This document shows, piece after piece, positions 60,898 to 64,000 of a DNA stretch of 64,000 nucleotides. How positions within the stretch are numbered: position 1 is the stretch's first letter; the number at the start of each line of letters is the position of its first letter. Below the pieces are notes generated by a model. That model saw only the letters and a list, made by a program, of their open reading frames with translations. It ran no database searches and was not told the origin of the DNA. The DNA comes from Thermoanaerobaculia bacterium (GTDB taxonomy: Bacteria > Acidobacteriota > Thermoanaerobaculia > UBA5066), in contig CAWFJJ010000001.1 in NCBI GenBank assembly GCA_963816185.1, forward strand, positions 448,001-512,000, read 5' to 3'. A program made the position numbers and the translations under genes.

Positions 60898-62463
60898 GTG
60901 AGCGTCACCGTCGAGGTTCCGAAAATCGAGAGACTGGACGCGGCTCCGTTGGCTGTGAGGTCTCCGGCGACGGGCGAGCTCGTCGGCGAGGTCTCCGATC
61001 TCGACGTCGCGGGGGTTGCCGCGGCCGTGACGCGCTCCCGCTCCGCGGCTCCGTCCTGGGCCGCGGCGTCGCTCGAGATGCGGATCGAGGCTCTCTTGAA
61101 GTGGCGAGACCTCATCCTCGACACGCCGCTCGTGCCCGAGACTCTCGTCAGAGAGAGCGGCAAGCCCCGGCACGAGGCCGAGGGGATCGAAGTTCTCTAC
61201 CTCTGCGAGCTCATTCGGGCGATGACGAGGCTCTCGCACCGTGGGCTTGCCGAGGAGACCCGTCACCCGCTTCTTTTCCTGACGAAGAAGACGCGCCTCG
61301 TGCGCCACCCGTTCGGGGTCGTGGGCGTCATCGGCCCCTGGAATTTCCCGATCCTGAACAACGCGGCCGACGCCGTGGCGCCGCTTCTGGCCGGCAACAC
61401 GGTCGTGCTCAAACCTTCGGAGGTCACCCCCCTCACATCGCTCGTCCTTCGCGACCTCTGGGCGAGCGCGGGGAATCCGCCGGACGTCTTCCAGGTCGTC
61501 ACGGGAAGGGGCCCCACGGGGGCCGCCGTCGTGGACCTCGTGGACGCCGTCATGTTCACCGGCTCCGTCGCGACCGGCCGGAGGATCGCCTCGCGCTGCG
61601 GAGAGCGTCTGATCCCCTGTGTGACCGAGCTGGGCGGCAAGTCGCCGTTCATCGTCCTTCCTGGCGCGGACGTCGAGCGGGCGGCCGAAGCTGCGGCGTG
61701 GTCGAGCTTCATCCATTCGGGCCAGGTGTGCGTCCGCACGGAGCGCATTTACGTGCACGCCTCTGTCGCAGACCATTTCGAACAGCTCCTCGTGTCGCGC
61801 GTCGCGGCGCTCCGCCAGGCGGCGCCGGACCCGTCGGGCGGCGCGCACGACCTCGGCTCCGTGACGTTCGCGCGCCAGATCGAGGTCGTGGAGCGGCAGA
61901 TCGCCGACGCGAAGGCGAAGGGCGGGCGCGTCCTGATTGGCGGCGCGCGCCGCGGGAACGGCCCGGGTCTCTTCTTCGAGCCCACGGTCCTCTCGGGCGC
62001 CACGCACGATATGGAAGTCATGCGCGAGGAGACGTTCGGCCCGCTCGTTCCCGTCATGCGCTTCTGGGAGGACGAAGAGGCGCTTCGCCTCGCGAACGAC
62101 ACGCACCTCGGCCTCAATGCGACGGTCTTCGGGCCGCCCGGAAAGGCCGAAGCTTTCGCGCGTCGCCTGCAGTCGGGCCAGGCGATCGTGAACGACGTCC
62201 TCGTGAACTACTTCGTCGTCGAGTCGCCTCTCGGCGGGTGGCGCTCGAGCGGCCTCGGCGCGCGGCATGGCATCGAGGGCCTCAGGCAGTGGACGCGCAT
62301 CGAGGCGATCACGACGCGGAGGCCCGCCCTTGCGGTCGTCGATCGTTTCCTCGCGAAGAAGCTCGCGTTCCCGTACGACCCGCACGTCCTGTCGGTCCTG
62401 CGCCTCGCGATGCGCATCCTCTACCGGCGCGGACTCGCCGCGAAGCTGCGTCGTCCGTCCTGA
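60898..62463 (+). CDS. aldehyde dehydrogenase family protein
   Basis: IGPWNFP, LKPSEVTP, FTGSVATG, ELGGKSP, SGQVCVR, EETFGP. Confidence 0.95.
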   Translation: MSVTVEVPKIERLDAAPLAVRSPATGELVGEVSDLDVAGVAAAVTRSRSAAPSWAAASLEMRIEALLKWRDLILDTPLVPETLVRESGKPRHEAEGIEVLYLCELIRAMTRLSHRGLAEETRHPLLFLTKKTRLVRHPFGVVGVIGPWNFPILNNAADAVAPLLAGNTVVLKPSEVTPLTSLVLRDLWASAGNPPDVFQVVTGRGPTGAAVVDLVDAVMFTGSVATGRRIASRCGERLIPCVTELGGKSPFIVLPGADVERAAEAAAWSSFIHSGQVCVRTERIYVHASVADHFEQLLVSRVAALRQAAPDPSGGAHDLGSVTFARQIEVVERQIADAKAKGGRVLIGGARRGNGPGLFFEPTVLSGATHDMEVMREETFGPLVPVMRFWEDEEALRLANDTHLGLNATVFGPPGKAEAFARRLQSGQAIVNDVLVNYFVVESPLGGWRSSGLGARHGIEGLRQWTRIEAITTRRPALAVVDRFLAKKLAFPYDPHVLSVLRLAMRILYRRGLAAKLRRPS

Positions 62464-62488
62464 CGCGGCTCCCCGTACAATCGAGCGG

Positions 62489-63616
62489 ATGAAGGCTCTT
62501 CTCGCCGCACTCGCGGCCTCCGTCGTCGTTTCTTTCGCCGCGCTCGCGCAAACGGGCAAGCCCGCGGCCAAGCCGTCGCCCGCTTCGTCCGCCGGGCTCG
62601 AAGTCTCGACCGGCAGCGCCGCTCCGAAGGGGGGCACCAAGGCGAAAGTCGAGGACCTGCGCGTTCTCGGAGGCGAGTCGGCCGACCCCTTCGAGCTCGA
62701 ACGCCTCGGCCTCGCCGCCGTGAACGCGAATCAGCTCGACCGCGCGCGCGTCTTCTTCGAGCGGGCGTGGAAGCTCGGCGAGCTTCCGACGGCCGCATAC
62801 AACCTCGCCTGTCTCGACGCGCGCACCGGGCGCATCGATCAGGCCTTCGCCCGGCTCGACAAGGCCGTCGCCGCGGGGTTCGACGACGGCGTCTCGCTCG
62901 AGAAGGATCCCGATCTCGCGGCCCTTCGAGCCAAGCCGAAGTTCAAAGGAATCGTCTCCGGGGCGGCGAGGAACCGCGCCTCCGGCGACGCGGCAGTCGT
63001 GAAAGAAGGCGTGTTCCTCGTGCCGAAGAACGGCGCCTTGGCGATCCTTCTCCTTCTCCACGACAAGGAGTCCGATCCCTTCACCGTGAGCGGGCCTTTC
63101 ACGGACGTCGCGCTGTCGCATCGTCTCTGCGTCGCGGCTCCGCGCGGGCCCGGCCGTTCCGCGAGGAAGCGGTTCGGCTGGGGCTCGGCGGACCGTGCCC
63201 GGAAGGCGATCAACGCGGCCGTGGACGCGGCGCGCCGGAAGGCCGGAAACCAGAAACTTCCCGTGCTCCTCGTGGGCGTGGGGCGGGGAGGCACCGAGGC
63301 CTTCACGGCCGCCGCACGCAGCGCGCCCGGCACGTTCGCGGGCGTCGGCTCGATCGGAGGACCGTTCGATCCCGGTGCCGCGCCGAACCCCGCCGGTCTT
63401 CGCGGCGCGCGCCTCTTCCTCGGATTTTCGCGCGACGCGTCGCCGGCCGAGGTCGCCGCGACCCGGCGCGGCCTCGACGTTCTGCGACAGCAGGGGTTTC
63501 AACCCATGGTCGCCGAGTGGCCGGGATCGGGCTCCGGGTTTCCGAGGGACGTCCCGCGCGCGGTGAAGGAGACGCTCGACGCGTTCGCGGGCCAGACGCC
63601 CGCCGCGCCGCGCTGA
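62489..63616 (+). CDS. secreted TPR + esterase-like (alpha/beta fold) protein
   Basis: Signal peptide; AYNLACLDARTG...AVAAGF...DPDLAALR; LVGVGRGG at the position of GxSxG. Confidence 0.65.
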   Translation: MKALLAALAASVVVSFAALAQTGKPAAKPSPASSAGLEVSTGSAAPKGGTKAKVEDLRVLGGESADPFELERLGLAAVNANQLDRARVFFERAWKLGELPTAAYNLACLDARTGRIDQAFARLDKAVAAGFDDGVSLEKDPDLAALRAKPKFKGIVSGAARNRASGDAAVVKEGVFLVPKNGALAILLLLHDKESDPFTVSGPFTDVALSHRLCVAAPRGPGRSARKRFGWGSADRARKAINAAVDAARRKAGNQKLPVLLVGVGRGGTEAFTAAARSAPGTFAGVGSIGGPFDPGAAPNPAGLRGARLFLGFSRDASPAEVAATRRGLDVLRQQGFQPMVAEWPGSGSGFPRDVPRAVKETLDAFAGQTPAAPR

Positions 63617-63623
63617 GAGCCGC

Positions 63624-64000
63624 ATGGCCGTCGACTTCTATCGACATTCCCTCGGAGAAGAGGAAAAAGCCGCCGTCCGCGACGTCCTCGATTCTCTTTT
63701 CCTGACGACCGGGCAGAGAGTCTACGCCTTCGAGAAGGCCTTCGAGGACTATCTCGGCGTGCCCGCCGTCGTGTGCACGGCGCACGCCACGGCCGCCCTG
63801 CACATGTCCATGCTCGCGACGGGCATCGGCCCCCCGGACGAGGTCGTCACGACGCCGATGACGTTTCTGTCCTCGGCGAACGCGATCGTGTACGCGGGCG
63901 GAACGCCCGTTTTCGTCGATGTCGATGCCTCGACCGGAAATATCGACCCCGCCGCGGTCGAGGCGGCCATCACTCCGCGGACGAAGGCGATCATCGCCGT
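63624..64000 (+). CDS. DegT/DnrJ/EryC1/StrS aminotransferase (truncated by window end)
   Basis: Translated directly: VLDSLFLTTG..V.AFEKAF, ATAALH, DEVVTTPMTFLSSANAI...GGTPVFVDVD, ITPRTKAII. Confidence 0.93.
   Translation, partial: MAVDFYRHSLGEEEKAAVRDVLDSLFLTTGQRVYAFEKAFEDYLGVPAVVCTAHATAALHMSMLATGIGPPDEVVTTPMTFLSSANAIVYAGGTPVFVDVDASTGNIDPAAVEAAITPRTKAIIA

Noticed and set aside
58897-62640. 1247-aa minus-strand ORF
   Set aside because: Antisense to the membrane protein and ALDH genes.

Overview
A GC-rich bacterial chromosome segment. Gene content (GWxTD proteins, acidobacterial VWA protein, Oar-like TonB receptors, split atp operon) suggests Acidobacteriota; this is inferred, not searched. 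From left to right: 3' part of a 23S rRNA and 5S; gmd; a MidA/NDUFAF7 methyltransferase; an 11-subunit complex I operon (nuoABCD-HIJKLMN, no nuoEFG) running directly into atpZ-I-B-E; an ECF sigma/anti-sigma pair; argS. Then a ~23 kb cell-envelope locus built from a repeated module: GWxTD protein, lipoprotein 'sulfatase-like'-TPR enzyme(s) with Thr (T-x-P-x-H) where true sulfatases have C/S-x-P-x-R, and an Oar-like TonB-dependent receptor. A VWA protein, a DUF4388-HDOD protein and a third GWxTD protein follow. The rest holds methylmalonyl-CoA mutase, an AT-rich region between convergent genes with phased DnaA-box-like sites, tdk, nth, a 5'-nucleotidase, surface proteins, rho, rhlB, a membrane GT-like protein, ALDH and a truncated DegT. 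Best candidates for novelty: (1) the GWxTD/Thr-AP-TPR/TBDR/VWA system; (2) a ~20-bp motif (GATTTCTTNGAAKG-purines) occurring as convergent pairs in variable gene segments; (3) apparent widespread leaderless promoters; (4) the 46.7-47.0 kb DnaA-box-like array. Several frameshifts, mostly +1, are probably sequencing errors.
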